From contig JASGVS010000010.1 of NCBI GenBank assembly GCA_030054835.1, forward strand, positions 74,276 to 138,275: a stretch of DNA of 64,000 bases, written 5' to 3'. The notes beneath the pieces are model-generated. The model searched no databases and had not been told where the DNA came from. It saw nothing but the letters and a program-made list of their open reading frames with translations. A program made the translations under genes and the position numbers. The first letter of the stretch is position 1, and each line of letters begins with the position of its first letter. Below, in pieces: positions 47,161 through 56,663 of this stretch. Source of the stretch: Bacillota bacterium. Its GTDB lineage: Bacteria; Bacillota; Limnochordia; Darwinibacteriales; Darwinibacteriaceae.

Positions 47161-47241
47161 GGGGGAATATTGACCCAGGTCAAAGATTTTTTCCGCCAAA
47201 TGGGATAAAATGAGAGTGACAAAAGGAAAGGAGACGAGCAC

Positions 47242-47469
47242 ATGAAAAGCGCAACCATTCAACTGGAAACACTCACCTGCCCATCCTGCATGCAGAAGAT
47301 CGAGGGTGCAGTGAAAACGGTAGCCGGTGTAGATAAGGACAGCGTAAATGTGGCATTCAACTCCAGCAGAGTGAGGCTGAACTTCGACGCCGAGCAAACC
47401 TCCATTGAGCAGATTGAAGACGCAATCACCAAGGTAGGCTACGAAGTGAAGAAGTCACGGGTTAAATAA
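47242..47469 (+). CDS. heavy-metal-associated (HMA/CopZ-like) domain protein with TCPSC motif
   Basis: ATIQLETLTCPSCMQKIEGAVKTVAGVD...: ferredoxin-like HMA fold with CxxC metal site. Confidence 0.7.
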   Translation: MKSATIQLETLTCPSCMQKIEGAVKTVAGVDKDSVNVAFNSSRVRLNFDAEQTSIEQIEDAITKVGYEVKKSRVK

Positions 47470-47485
47470 AGGGTGCGGTACAACA

Positions 47486-47518
47486 ACGGGTGCGGAGATT
47501 CCGCACCCGTTTCTATTT
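47486..47518. terminator. bidirectional intrinsic terminator
   Basis: GGGTGCGGAgattCCGCACCCgtttctattt. Confidence 0.65.
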
Positions 47519-47521
47519 AAC

Positions 47522-48580
47522 TTACGCTATAGCCTCGTCTGCCACCGAGAACCTAAAGATAGTGGTATGTTTGTAGATCTCACCGGGATTCAGCCTAGAA
47601 CTTGGGAAATTGGCGTGGTTGGGCGAATCGGGGTAAAACTGGGTCTCTAAGCAGAACCCACTGTACTGCCCGTAATTCACTCCGCTCTTACCCGTAAATT
47701 CCCCTGTGAGGGAATTACCACTGTAAAACTGGATGCCCGGTTTGGTGGTGAACACTTCCAGCACACGGCCTGAGGCGGGATCGTACGCCTTCGCGGCAAA
47801 ACCCAACTCCCCTTCCCCTTTAGCCAGTACATAGTTGTGATCGTAACCGCCGATGTCAATCTGTCCAATGCGGGCACCAATTGGCTGACTGGTGGTTAAA
47901 TCCAAAGGCGTACCTGCTACCGAGGCAATTTCACCGGTAGGGATCAGGTTTTCATCGACCGCAGTATACGCCTCGGCATTGATCTGGACTTCCTGGCCAA
48001 GAATATCACCCGAACCTTCCCCGCTCAGGTTGAAGTAGCTGTGGTTGGTGAGGTTGATAACGGTGGGTTTATCCGTTGTGGCCTCGTATTCCAAAAAGAG
48101 CTCGTTCTCTTCAGTCAGACGATAGGTCACTACTGCCTGGAGATTGCCGGGATAGCCCTCTTCCCCATCCTTAGATAGGTAGGACAACCTTACCCCAACC
48201 GAATCGGTAGCTTCCACCATCTCGCCGCGCCAAAGCACACTGCCGAAGTATTTATCCCCGCCGTGCAGATGATTGTTTCCTTCGTTTTTGGTAACATGGT
48301 ACTCTACCCCATCCAGGGAAAAACGGGCATTGGCGATCCTATTGGCAAAACGGCCTGCAACCACACCGAAATAGGGGTGTTCTTGCAGATAAAAATCGAG
48401 ATCGTTGAAGCCTAGGACCACATCTGCCGTGATGCCTTCCCTATCGGGCACTTCAATGGCGGTAATAATGCAGCCAAGGTTGGTTATTTTCACGACCATC
48501 CCCTTAGAGTTACTCAGGGTATAAAGTTTAACCTCGTCACCGCCAGGCGTTGTCCCGAATAATTCCTCAGAAATTCTCAT
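47522..48580 (-). CDS. galM: aldose 1-epimerase (galactose mutarotase)
   Basis: GFNDLDFYLQEHPYFGVVAGRFANRIANARFSLDGVEYHVTKNEGNNHLHGG: mutarotase active-site region. Confidence 0.8.
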   Translation of the reverse strand: MRISEELFGTTPGGDEVKLYTLSNSKGMVVKITNLGCIITAIEVPDREGITADVVLGFNDLDFYLQEHPYFGVVAGRFANRIANARFSLDGVEYHVTKNEGNNHLHGGDKYFGSVLWRGEMVEATDSVGVRLSYLSKDGEEGYPGNLQAVVTYRLTEENELFLEYEATTDKPTVINLTNHSYFNLSGEGSGDILGQEVQINAEAYTAVDENLIPTGEIASVAGTPLDLTTSQPIGARIGQIDIGGYDHNYVLAKGEGELGFAAKAYDPASGRVLEVFTTKPGIQFYSGNSLTGEFTGKSGVNYGQYSGFCLETQFYPDSPNHANFPSSRLNPGEIYKHTTIFRFSVADEAIA

Positions 48581-48607
48581 CGTTCATTCTCCTTAATTAG
48601 CCATATT

Positions 48608-48645
48608 CAAAGAAACGGGCGGGAAAGCTGCCGCTTCCCGCCCGC
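48608..48645 (-). terminator. intrinsic terminator after xylulokinase gene
   Basis: minus-strand: GGGCGGGAAgcggcagcTTTCCCGCCCgtttctttg. Confidence 0.6.
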
Positions 48646-48662
48646 CTAACCTTCCACAAACA

Positions 48663-50162
48663 CTAGGCGAAGCGGACTAACCGGTCAAAGGAAGGCTTCA
48701 AAGCCGTGTAAAGACCCGCATACACCTCATAGAGCTCGCTGTAAATCTCAACCCACTCTGGGTTCGGCTCTACTACCCGTTCCACCTTAATGATGCTGTC
48801 AGCAGCCTCAGGCACGCTAGCATAGACGCCTGTACCCACACCGGCTAGAATGGCTGCACCGAGGGCAGGCCCTTCATCAATGTTGATCTCTTCCAGCGCA
48901 AGGTTGGTGGCGCTGGCAATGATCTCCTTCCAGAGAGGCGATCTTGCCCCGCCGCCCAATGCCCGCAGGGAGGTTCCTTCCCAACCTGCTGAACGGAGCA
49001 GTTTAACCGAATCGTTAAAGCCAAAGGCTACACCCTCCAGAACCGCCCGGATTAACTCTGGCTGGCCGGTAGTAGCGCTCAGACCCACAAAGCTGCCCCT
49101 GGCATTGGCATCGCCGTGGGGAGTCCTTTCACCTGTCAGGTAAGGCAGGAAGACCAAGCCCCTGCTGCCCGGAGGCACACTGGCTGCCTCTTCGGTCAAC
49201 TCGCTGTAGGAGGAAGCTTCCCGACCCAGCTGTTTACGCAGCCAGCTGAAGGATAAACCTGCCGAGAGCATAACGCCCATCATGTAGAACTCATTGGGCA
49301 CACTGCTGTTGAACATATGGACAGTACCCTCAGTGACCAATTTTGGTGCGGCAAGGTGAGCTAGGATAACGCCGCTTGTACCCAAGCTGACCATACCCCT
49401 ACCGGGAATAACAACACCGGAACCAACTGCTCCGCAGGCGTTGTCAGCGCCACCACCAACAACGGGAGTGCCTTCCTTCAGGCCTGTTGCCGCAGCAGCT
49501 TCTTTCGTTACTGTGCCGGTCACTTCTGACGACTGAACGATAGGCGGTAGAATCTCGGTGGAAAGACCTAATTTGGATAGGACCGGTTCAGACCAAACCT
49601 GCTCCCGCACGTTCATCATGAGCATGCCGGCGGCGTCCGATACTTCCATATTCAGCTCATTGGTCAAACGGAAACGGACATAGTCCTTGGGCAGAACAAG
49701 CCAGCGAACCTTTTCAAAGTTCTCCGGTTCGTTATCCCTGAGCCAGAGCACCTTTGGCAGGGTAAACCCTTCCAGCGCCGGGTTGCAGACCTCAGAGTTG
49801 AGGAGATCTTTGCCCACTGTTTCTTCAATGTAACGGCACTGGGCAGTTGTGCGCACGTCATTCCACAAAATTGCGCGCCTGATAACATTGTACTCACTGT
49901 CCAGAAAGACGGAGCTGTGCATCTGGCCCGAAAGGCCGATGCCCCGAATGGAAGCGGGATCAACCCCGTATTCCCCTAAGACACGTTTAATTGCTTCCAC
50001 GGTGGCCTGCCACATATCTTCGGGATTCTGCTCAGACCAGCCCGGACGGGGCGAAAAGAGCGGATACTCTGCCGAAGCATCGCCCACCAGCTCGCCGCTG
50101 ACCTTTAACAGCAGGGCCTTAACCGCTGAAGTACCAATATCAAGACCTAAAAGATAACCCAC
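48663..50162 (-). CDS. xylB: xylulokinase (FGGY family)
   Basis: MGYLLGLDIGTSAVKALL...GWSEQNPEDMW... FGGY N- and C-terminal motifs; 499 aa; context with xylA. Confidence 0.8.
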   Translation of the reverse strand: MGYLLGLDIGTSAVKALLLKVSGELVGDASAEYPLFSPRPGWSEQNPEDMWQATVEAIKRVLGEYGVDPASIRGIGLSGQMHSSVFLDSEYNVIRRAILWNDVRTTAQCRYIEETVGKDLLNSEVCNPALEGFTLPKVLWLRDNEPENFEKVRWLVLPKDYVRFRLTNELNMEVSDAAGMLMMNVREQVWSEPVLSKLGLSTEILPPIVQSSEVTGTVTKEAAAATGLKEGTPVVGGGADNACGAVGSGVVIPGRGMVSLGTSGVILAHLAAPKLVTEGTVHMFNSSVPNEFYMMGVMLSAGLSFSWLRKQLGREASSYSELTEEAASVPPGSRGLVFLPYLTGERTPHGDANARGSFVGLSATTGQPELIRAVLEGVAFGFNDSVKLLRSAGWEGTSLRALGGGARSPLWKEIIASATNLALEEINIDEGPALGAAILAGVGTGVYASVPEAADSIIKVERVVEPNPEWVEIYSELYEVYAGLYTALKPSFDRLVRFA

Positions 50163-50181
50163 AGTAAACCTCCCCTTCCAA

Positions 50182-51006
50182 TTAGATTCCGATTACATTG
50201 CGTAGGTAAATCCTGGAGTCCATGGCTGCTTTGTAATTACACACCGGCGGATTGTCAAGTTCAACACAAATCACGCCGTCGTAACCGTTGTTCTTCAGGA
50301 CGTTGTAAACGCCCTTGAAGTCGATGGTACCGTAGCCCAAAGGCCGGAAACGGTGCATGGGCCATTCCGGATTCAGACTCTCATCTGGATCCACATCTTT
50401 GAAGTGGACATAGGCAATACGGTCGACGTATTTTGCAAAAGCCTGGACACAGTCCATACCGGCCAAATTGGTATGGGCGGTATCAAGGCAGAGGGAAACC
50501 AGTTCCGGATCGGTATTGGCTAAGAAATAATCTATTTCCTCCTCTTTGTAAATGGCCGTGTTGGCATGGGGATGGAAACAGGCAACTAAGCCGTTTTCTT
50601 TGCACAATTTACCGATCTTGTTGCTGAGCTCCGCGTAGGCCAGGATTTTCTCCTTGTCCATGGGGCGGTCGTTAGGCGGATCGCGCCACATTACTGCCTG
50701 CAGGTTCATGTAGGTCGCGCCTATTTTTTTCATGAAGTCTGCATAGTCCACCGCGTTTTTGTAATCCTGCTCCGGGTCGTCCGAGTAGTGGAGGTAGAGA
50801 TTGGCCATTTCCAGGTTGTACTTATCCAGAAGCTCCTTTACCGCATCGGCATCGTTATCGAAGTACTTCTTGATAAAAGCGAAGTTCTCCACCGCTTCAT
50901 AGCCCAGGTCGGATACTTCCTTCAGGAACTGCTCAAATTCCCACTTGTGGTTGTCTTGGTGGTTGACTAACCATGTCCAGCCCGTATAGGCTACCTTCAT
51001 CGCCAC
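50182..51006 (-). CDS. sugar phosphate isomerase/epimerase (xylose-isomerase-like TIM barrel, IolE/IolI-like)
   Basis: 274 aa; conserved H/D/E metal ligands pattern (…CFHPH…,…HFKD…,…ELD…). Confidence 0.65.
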   Translation of the reverse strand: MAMKVAYTGWTWLVNHQDNHKWEFEQFLKEVSDLGYEAVENFAFIKKYFDNDADAVKELLDKYNLEMANLYLHYSDDPEQDYKNAVDYADFMKKIGATYMNLQAVMWRDPPNDRPMDKEKILAYAELSNKIGKLCKENGLVACFHPHANTAIYKEEEIDYFLANTDPELVSLCLDTAHTNLAGMDCVQAFAKYVDRIAYVHFKDVDPDESLNPEWPMHRFRPLGYGTIDFKGVYNVLKNNGYDGVICVELDNPPVCNYKAAMDSRIYLRNVIGI

Positions 51007-51014
51007 AGCCTCCT

Positions 51015-52124
51015 TTAGTCTTTAATTATCCCCAATACGTCAGCTTTGACCATGGGTGCGGTTCTCTCATAGGGAGAGGTGATCTCTTCCCGGGCCTGCT
51101 TCTGGCTGCTGCGCTCAAACGCTGTCATCACATCAAGCACATGGAAGGTCTGCTCCATGTTGGCCCGAATGGGACGATTCCGCTTCAAAGCTGCCGCCAT
51201 ATCGGCTAAGCCCAAACCCCGGGAGTTCTCTTTGTAGTCGAAGAGGAGGGGCATCTCTTTGTATTCTCTCGTCTCTGGGCGCAGTAGGTAAATGCTTTGG
51301 CCGAAGAAGTTCGGGTCCGGCACGACCAAGGTGCCCTCAGAGCCATAGATCTCAAAGCTTGCTTGGTTGTTGTAGACCACATCGAAGGTGGTGGTAAGGC
51401 TGCCCACTACACCATTGTCCAGTTCCAAAATCCCGATGATATGGGTAGGTACTTCCACATCAACAACCGTTCCGGCTAAAGGTTGGCTGGTAATAACCCG
51501 CTGGGGGAAGGATGTTTTGGTAACACCTGTTACTGCCTTTACCCTGCCCAACATGTTGACTAGGGCGGTCAGGTAGTATGGTCCCATATCCATCATGGGT
51601 CCACCGCCGAACTGATAGTAAAAGGCTGGATCCGGATGCCAGCTCTCATGCCCGCGACAGACCATGGCAGCGCTGAAACCCAAGGGCTCACCGATAAAAC
51701 CATCGTCAATCAACTTACGGCACGTTTGAATAGAGGCACCCATGAAGGTATCGGGCGCTCCGCCGATGCTTAAGCCCTTCTCCTTGGCTAGGGCCACCAG
51801 CTGTTCCCCTTCTTCTTTTGTTGCGCCCAGCGGTTTTTCAGAATAGACGTGCTTGCCAGCTTCTAAGGCTGCCTTAGTCACTTCAAAGTGCTCATAAGGC
51901 CTAGTTAAGTTCAGGATAATGTCAACCTCAGGATCGGCAAAGGCATCGTACATGGTGTCATAAATCTTGGGGATGTTGTATTTCTCCGCTGCCCTTTCGG
52001 CTTTTTCCCTCACTAGGTCACATACACCCACGATCTCGAGTTCTTTGAACAGTTCTGTGATGTTTTTCAGATAGATGCCGCTGATGTCTCCCACACCGAC
52101 AAATGCGATTTTTGTTGTTTCCAT
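51015..52124 (-). CDS. Gfo/Idh/MocA family NAD(P)-dependent oxidoreductase
   Basis: IAFVGVGDISGIY Rossmann motif, EKPL motif; 369 aa. Confidence 0.75.
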   Translation of the reverse strand: METTKIAFVGVGDISGIYLKNITELFKELEIVGVCDLVREKAERAAEKYNIPKIYDTMYDAFADPEVDIILNLTRPYEHFEVTKAALEAGKHVYSEKPLGATKEEGEQLVALAKEKGLSIGGAPDTFMGASIQTCRKLIDDGFIGEPLGFSAAMVCRGHESWHPDPAFYYQFGGGPMMDMGPYYLTALVNMLGRVKAVTGVTKTSFPQRVITSQPLAGTVVDVEVPTHIIGILELDNGVVGSLTTTFDVVYNNQASFEIYGSEGTLVVPDPNFFGQSIYLLRPETREYKEMPLLFDYKENSRGLGLADMAAALKRNRPIRANMEQTFHVLDVMTAFERSSQKQAREEITSPYERTAPMVKADVLGIIKD

Positions 52125-52154
52125 TCTTACCCTCCTGTCTTTTTTGCAAGCTGT

Positions 52155-53237
52155 TTAGATTGAGCAGGCAATCCCCCGACCTTCCTCTGCCGATTGGAAG
52201 GCCAGTTCAATGATGCGCAGGACGCGCAGTGCCTGTTCGCTTTTCACATGCAGTTCCTCTTCGCCCTTTATTGCTGCGATGAGGTTCCGGTAGAAGATGT
52301 TGGCCGATGAGTGCCTGTGGTACTCATCCCCCAAAGCATCCTTTATCTGGGGAAGTTCCTTCTGCACGGTGGTATTCACCGGTCTAGGCGCCATCGTCCT
52401 GGTTGGACCTGCTGCCGTGTAAACGATATCGTTTTCCCATTTCAAAGCCTTATCATCGGCCAGCTGAACGATTCTTCCCTCGCAGTCCCAGTTTTGAATG
52501 ATTGCCGTGCCGTTAGCCCCAGAGAGATGCCAGCGCGGCATGGGGATAAAGCAGTTGGTGGCAACCTCCAGAAGTACGGAGAGACCATCCTCAAAGCCCA
52601 AGAGAACCTTGACGTTATCATCCACTTCCTGGGCGTGCACCTGGAAGAGGTGGGCTGTTACCGAGGTTACCTTGCCCGGGTTCAGAAGCAGGCACTGGTC
52701 TATCAAATGGACACCCCAGTCGTAGAGCATGCCGCCTCCGTTCACTTTGTAATCGCGCCAGCCGTGCAGGAAGACGCTGGAGCCGTTCACCCGGCTTTCC
52801 ACGAAGTAGGGACGCCCGATTGCGTCCGTCTCGATGATCGTTTTGGCAGTTTGAAAGTCCTTATCCCAGCGGCGGTTCTGATGGATTGTGAAAAGTCCCT
52901 GAGAGTGTTTTTCCGCTTCCATCACTTCCACTAGATCCTCCGAGCTCAATACCACTGGTTTTTCGCAGACCACGTGTTTGTTCGCGGCCAAAGCTCCCAG
53001 AATGTAATCCTTATGGGAGTCGTTGGGTGTGGCAATGATCACCACATCGATGTTGGGGTCGGCGAAGATCTCTTCAGCCGAGTTGTACACGCGGAGCGAC
53101 TCAGCCCGGGCTTCTTCATTCGCCTCCGGACGGATATCGTAGGCGCCCGTAACATCTAGTTCTTCGAAGCGTCCCTTAATGGCCCGGAAATGCCATTTGC
53201 CCATGCCGCCGAAACCGATTATTGCTGCTTTGTACAT
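52155..53237 (-). CDS. Gfo/Idh/MocA family NAD(P)-dependent oxidoreductase
   Basis: AAIIGFGGMGKWH Rossmann motif, CEKPV motif; 360 aa. Confidence 0.75.
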   Translation of the reverse strand: MYKAAIIGFGGMGKWHFRAIKGRFEELDVTGAYDIRPEANEEARAESLRVYNSAEEIFADPNIDVVIIATPNDSHKDYILGALAANKHVVCEKPVVLSSEDLVEVMEAEKHSQGLFTIHQNRRWDKDFQTAKTIIETDAIGRPYFVESRVNGSSVFLHGWRDYKVNGGGMLYDWGVHLIDQCLLLNPGKVTSVTAHLFQVHAQEVDDNVKVLLGFEDGLSVLLEVATNCFIPMPRWHLSGANGTAIIQNWDCEGRIVQLADDKALKWENDIVYTAAGPTRTMAPRPVNTTVQKELPQIKDALGDEYHRHSSANIFYRNLIAAIKGEEELHVKSEQALRVLRIIELAFQSAEEGRGIACSI

Positions 53238-53359
53238 GATCTTAACTTCCTCCAGTACCTGAATCTTTTATCGTTTTGTTGATTAGTTGTCATGTTGTAT
53301 ACTGTAAGTCTTCACAGACCAAGTCAATATTATTGGGCGTTTTCGCCCATCCTTCCCTA

Positions 53360-53412
53360 ACCCTAAATAAACTCCTTTATGACATAGACATCGGCCATCA
53401 TAAAGGAGTTAA
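53360..53412 (-). terminator. strong hairpin/terminator after EIIC gene
   Basis: 14-bp perfect inverted repeat AAACTCCTTTATGA...TCATAAAGGAGTTT followed on the minus strand by ATTTAGGG. Confidence 0.55.
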
Positions 53413-53534
53413 ACCACTTTGCCGCCTTCATATTTCCAACTTTTTTATTCTATAACAGGGTTAGTATTTCCTTCACCTAATTCTCCCTTTCACAAATAAT
53501 CCCCCACGCAGAGCCCATTCCCAGCGACCCAAAA

Positions 53535-54788
53535 TCAAGCACCGAAAAGCCTGCCAATAAAGCTGATTAACACATTGGCCAGATTGTAGCCGAAAAAGCC
53601 GTCCGTAACCGCCCCCTCCACCACCACACCGCTTGCCTGGAGCATAATTGTAGCCTCAGGTGCAAAGAGATGGGCAAAGAGTTCCACCATGAACAGAAAC
53701 AAAGCACCGCCAAGGAGCGTCCGCAGCAGGTTGCCCCGGCTGGTCATGGCAATGAGGGGTACCATATGCACAACGGAAGTTAAAAGCCCAACCGGGAAGT
53801 AGGACATGTTGGGTATGAGAAAGGCAAACAGAATGGCCAGCGGAATCAGGATGGCAGTGGTTGTAACCACAGTTGGATCCTTAAGACCTAGGGAAATGTC
53901 CAGGCCGATGTAGAGCTCTGCCTCCTCCCCGATCCTCTTCCGCATGAACGCCTGGGCACCTTCCCCCACAGCGGAGAGCCCCTCCAGCATCACCTCAATC
54001 ATGCGGGGCAGCAGAATCAAGGAAGCTGAGATACCAACCCCCATAGTCAATACGGTCTGCCAGCTCTGTCTAGTCAACACTCCCAAAAAGACGCCCACAA
54101 GCACACCAATTACGGAAGTGTCGCCCAGAAAGCCTAGCCTTTGGCCTAGGCCGTCCAAGGAGATATCCACGCTGCGCAGGCCCGGAATTCTATCAAAAAG
54201 CTTGTTCATCAAAAGACCGAAGGGATAGGCAAAGGAGATGAAGGAGAAAGTTGTGCAGGTGGTACCCTCCAAACCGTAATATTCGATCCAGCGGGGCGCC
54301 ATTTTCTCCGCCAACACCAAAGTTACAACGGAGAGGCTCACCGTCACAGCCAATCCCGCCCACACACTGTCGCTCAAGGCATAGGTCAAAGCCCCTGGGA
54401 TAAGCATATGGATGAAGTTCCAGATGTCCACGTTCAAAACCTTTGTCTTTCTCGCCGCAATTAACATAATGTTCGTCAGTACAATGAGCAGGATGGCAGG
54501 TGCGGCAAAGGGCACAGTCCACGCGGCAGCTCCCACCGCGGCCCAACCCAGATCGACCGTGGTAAATCCGGACGTTTCCAGTCCTTGGTAGTAACTAATT
54601 GCCGGTTCTATCGTTTTCAGCAGAAGACCCACAACAAGCTGTAGCCCCTGGAACCCGATCCCGATCATCAGTCCGGCCTTGAGGGCATCCCGGAGTTTAA
54701 GGCCAAAAACTACAGCTAAAATTGTCATCACAATTGGCAGCATCACGGCTGCCCCAAGTTCCATGATTCCCATGACCACATCAAGCAC
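53535..54788 (-). CDS. PTS galactitol-family EIIC-type permease (EIIC-GAT), orphan (no EIIA/EIIB nearby)
   Basis: 417 aa, ~10 TM, N-terminal MLDVVMGIMELGAAVMLPIVMTILAVVFGLK typical of GatC family; GTG start with GAGGTGA RBS. Confidence 0.65.
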   Translation of the reverse strand: MLDVVMGIMELGAAVMLPIVMTILAVVFGLKLRDALKAGLMIGIGFQGLQLVVGLLLKTIEPAISYYQGLETSGFTTVDLGWAAVGAAAWTVPFAAPAILLIVLTNIMLIAARKTKVLNVDIWNFIHMLIPGALTYALSDSVWAGLAVTVSLSVVTLVLAEKMAPRWIEYYGLEGTTCTTFSFISFAYPFGLLMNKLFDRIPGLRSVDISLDGLGQRLGFLGDTSVIGVLVGVFLGVLTRQSWQTVLTMGVGISASLILLPRMIEVMLEGLSAVGEGAQAFMRKRIGEEAELYIGLDISLGLKDPTVVTTTAILIPLAILFAFLIPNMSYFPVGLLTSVVHMVPLIAMTSRGNLLRTLLGGALFLFMVELFAHLFAPEATIMLQASGVVVEGAVTDGFFGYNLANVLISFIGRLFGA

Positions 54789-55140
54789 AGCTTCTCACCT
54801 CAACCAGCCCATGGGCAGGGTGCACCCCCGCAGGATGCACCCTACCTCATTACTTCTCGCTTCTATTTCAGTTTCGGTACCTTAGTCGGAGCAAGCATGA
54901 TGGCTGCACCTGTCCCTGAATGTCATTCATGGGCAAAACGTCTTCATGCAGTTCGCAGCCAAACATTGCCATCGTTTTCCTCCGCCTGACGGTCCTGACC
55001 CAAACCTCTCCATATTTCTCTTCCAGCTCAGTCCGGAGCTTGCTGTCTGCCACTACCAGCCCGTCCTCAGTGTGAACACGCCACAACAGGGTCAGACCAG
55101 GGAATGTCGACCACTTGTCAACAGGTTCCCTCCCTTTTCC

Positions 55141-55183
55141 TTTTTAAAAGGGGAATGGCACCAATCATTCAGGTCCATTCCCC
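55141..55183 (-). terminator. intrinsic terminator after xylA
   Basis: minus-strand: GGGGAATGGacctgaatgattggtgCCATTCCCCttttaaaaa (9-bp stem + U-run). Confidence 0.7.
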
Positions 55184-55244
55184 TCTCTCTTCCTTCAGTT
55201 AACCCTGCCCGATTCCGGATCGGTTCCGGCAGACACCACGGTTA

Positions 55245-56564
55245 TTAAACGGAAAGGATGTACTTATTCAAGATGGTCTCGAGCAGCTCTTGACGGCCGG
55301 ACTCGAGGGTGATTTCTTTCAAGCCAATGGCGTATTCGCTCAGTTCGTCGAAGCCGACTTCGCCGTCAACGATCTTCTTACCGATACCCTCGGTGTAGCT
55401 GCTGTAACGCTTAGCGATGAACTCTTCGAGTTCACCGGACTCGATCAAGCGCTGGGCTGCCAAGAGGCCGTGGGCAAAGGCATCCATGCCGGCCAGATGG
55501 CCGTAGAACAGATCGTAGTAGTCGAAGGAACCGCGTCTTACCTTAGCGTCGAAGTTCAAGCCGCCTGGGGCCAAGCCGCCGTTGAGCAGAATCTCGTACA
55601 TTGCCAAGGTGGTCTCATACACGTTGGTGGGGAACTGGTCAGTGTCCCAACCCAGGAGCATGTCGCCTTGGTTGGCGTCTACGCTGCCGAGGATGCCGTT
55701 GATGCGGGCAACGCGCAGCTCATGCTGGAAGGTATGGCCTGCCAAAGTGGCGTGGTTTGCTTCGATGTTAACTTTAAAGTCTTTGTCCAAGCCGTAGGTC
55801 TTCAAGAAGCCAAGAACTGTGGCTGTGTCGAAGTCATACTGATGCTTGGTAGGCTCTTGCGGTTTAGGTTCGATGAGGAACTGGCCGGTGAAGCCAATCT
55901 TCTTAGCGTAATCCACTGCCATCTGCAGGAAGCGGGCGAAGTTATCCAGCTCCAGCTTCATGTCTGTGTTGAGCAGCGTCTCGTAACCTTCACGGCCGCC
56001 CCAGAAGACGTAGTTCTCGCCGCCAAGCTCTTTAGTGATCTCCATAGCCTTTTTCACGCGGGCCGCAGCATAGGCAAATACATCGGCGTTAGGCGATGTG
56101 GCTGCACCGTGCATGTAGCGGGGATGGGAGAACAGGTTGGACGTACCCCATAGAAGCTTGATGCCGGTCTGGGCCATCAAATCTTTAAAGAGATCAACGA
56201 TTTCATCCAGATTCTTGAATGTCTCTGCCAAGGTCTCGCCTTCAGGAGCGATATCCACGTCGTGGAAGCAGAAGAAAGGAATCTGCATTTTGTCCATAAA
56301 TTCAAAGGCTGCATAAGCCCTAGCTTTTGCAATCTCCATGGGATCGCTCAGGTTATCCCAGGGACGGACGGCAGTGCCTACACCAAACATGTCGGTGCCG
56401 TCACCGGTTAGGGTGTGCCAGTAGGCCATGGAAAAGCGCAGGTGTTCTTCCATTGTTTTGCCTGCTACAACCTTTTTCGGGTCGTAATAACGGAACGCCA
56501 AGGGGTTATCCGTTTCTTTTCCTTCGTAAACAATTTTACTTACGTCTGGAAAAAACTGTTTCAC
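55245..56564 (-). CDS. xylA: xylose isomerase
   Basis: 439 aa; [26 protein letters not shown] motifs of class II xylose isomerase. Confidence 0.95.
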   Translation of the reverse strand: MKQFFPDVSKIVYEGKETDNPLAFRYYDPKKVVAGKTMEEHLRFSMAYWHTLTGDGTDMFGVGTAVRPWDNLSDPMEIAKARAYAAFEFMDKMQIPFFCFHDVDIAPEGETLAETFKNLDEIVDLFKDLMAQTGIKLLWGTSNLFSHPRYMHGAATSPNADVFAYAAARVKKAMEITKELGGENYVFWGGREGYETLLNTDMKLELDNFARFLQMAVDYAKKIGFTGQFLIEPKPQEPTKHQYDFDTATVLGFLKTYGLDKDFKVNIEANHATLAGHTFQHELRVARINGILGSVDANQGDMLLGWDTDQFPTNVYETTLAMYEILLNGGLAPGGLNFDAKVRRGSFDYYDLFYGHLAGMDAFAHGLLAAQRLIESGELEEFIAKRYSSYTEGIGKKIVDGEVGFDELSEYAIGLKEITLESGRQELLETILNKYILSV

Positions 56565-56663
56565 TTCAATCTCCTCCTATTGCCTAATTTTCTATTTAAA
56601 AAGAATCCACTGCCAGGCTTTGCAGGGAACGACAAGTTGCCCGGCAAAATTGTCTCTTTCAAC

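Noticed and set aside
54868-55086. 72-aa minus-strand ORF upstream of the EIIC gene as an independent protein-coding gene
   Set aside because: The TTG start has no SD and the sequence has no recognisable domain. I kept it only as part of the structured-leader finding; the internal 34-codon frame with an SD is the more plausible translated unit. It is not listed as a feature.
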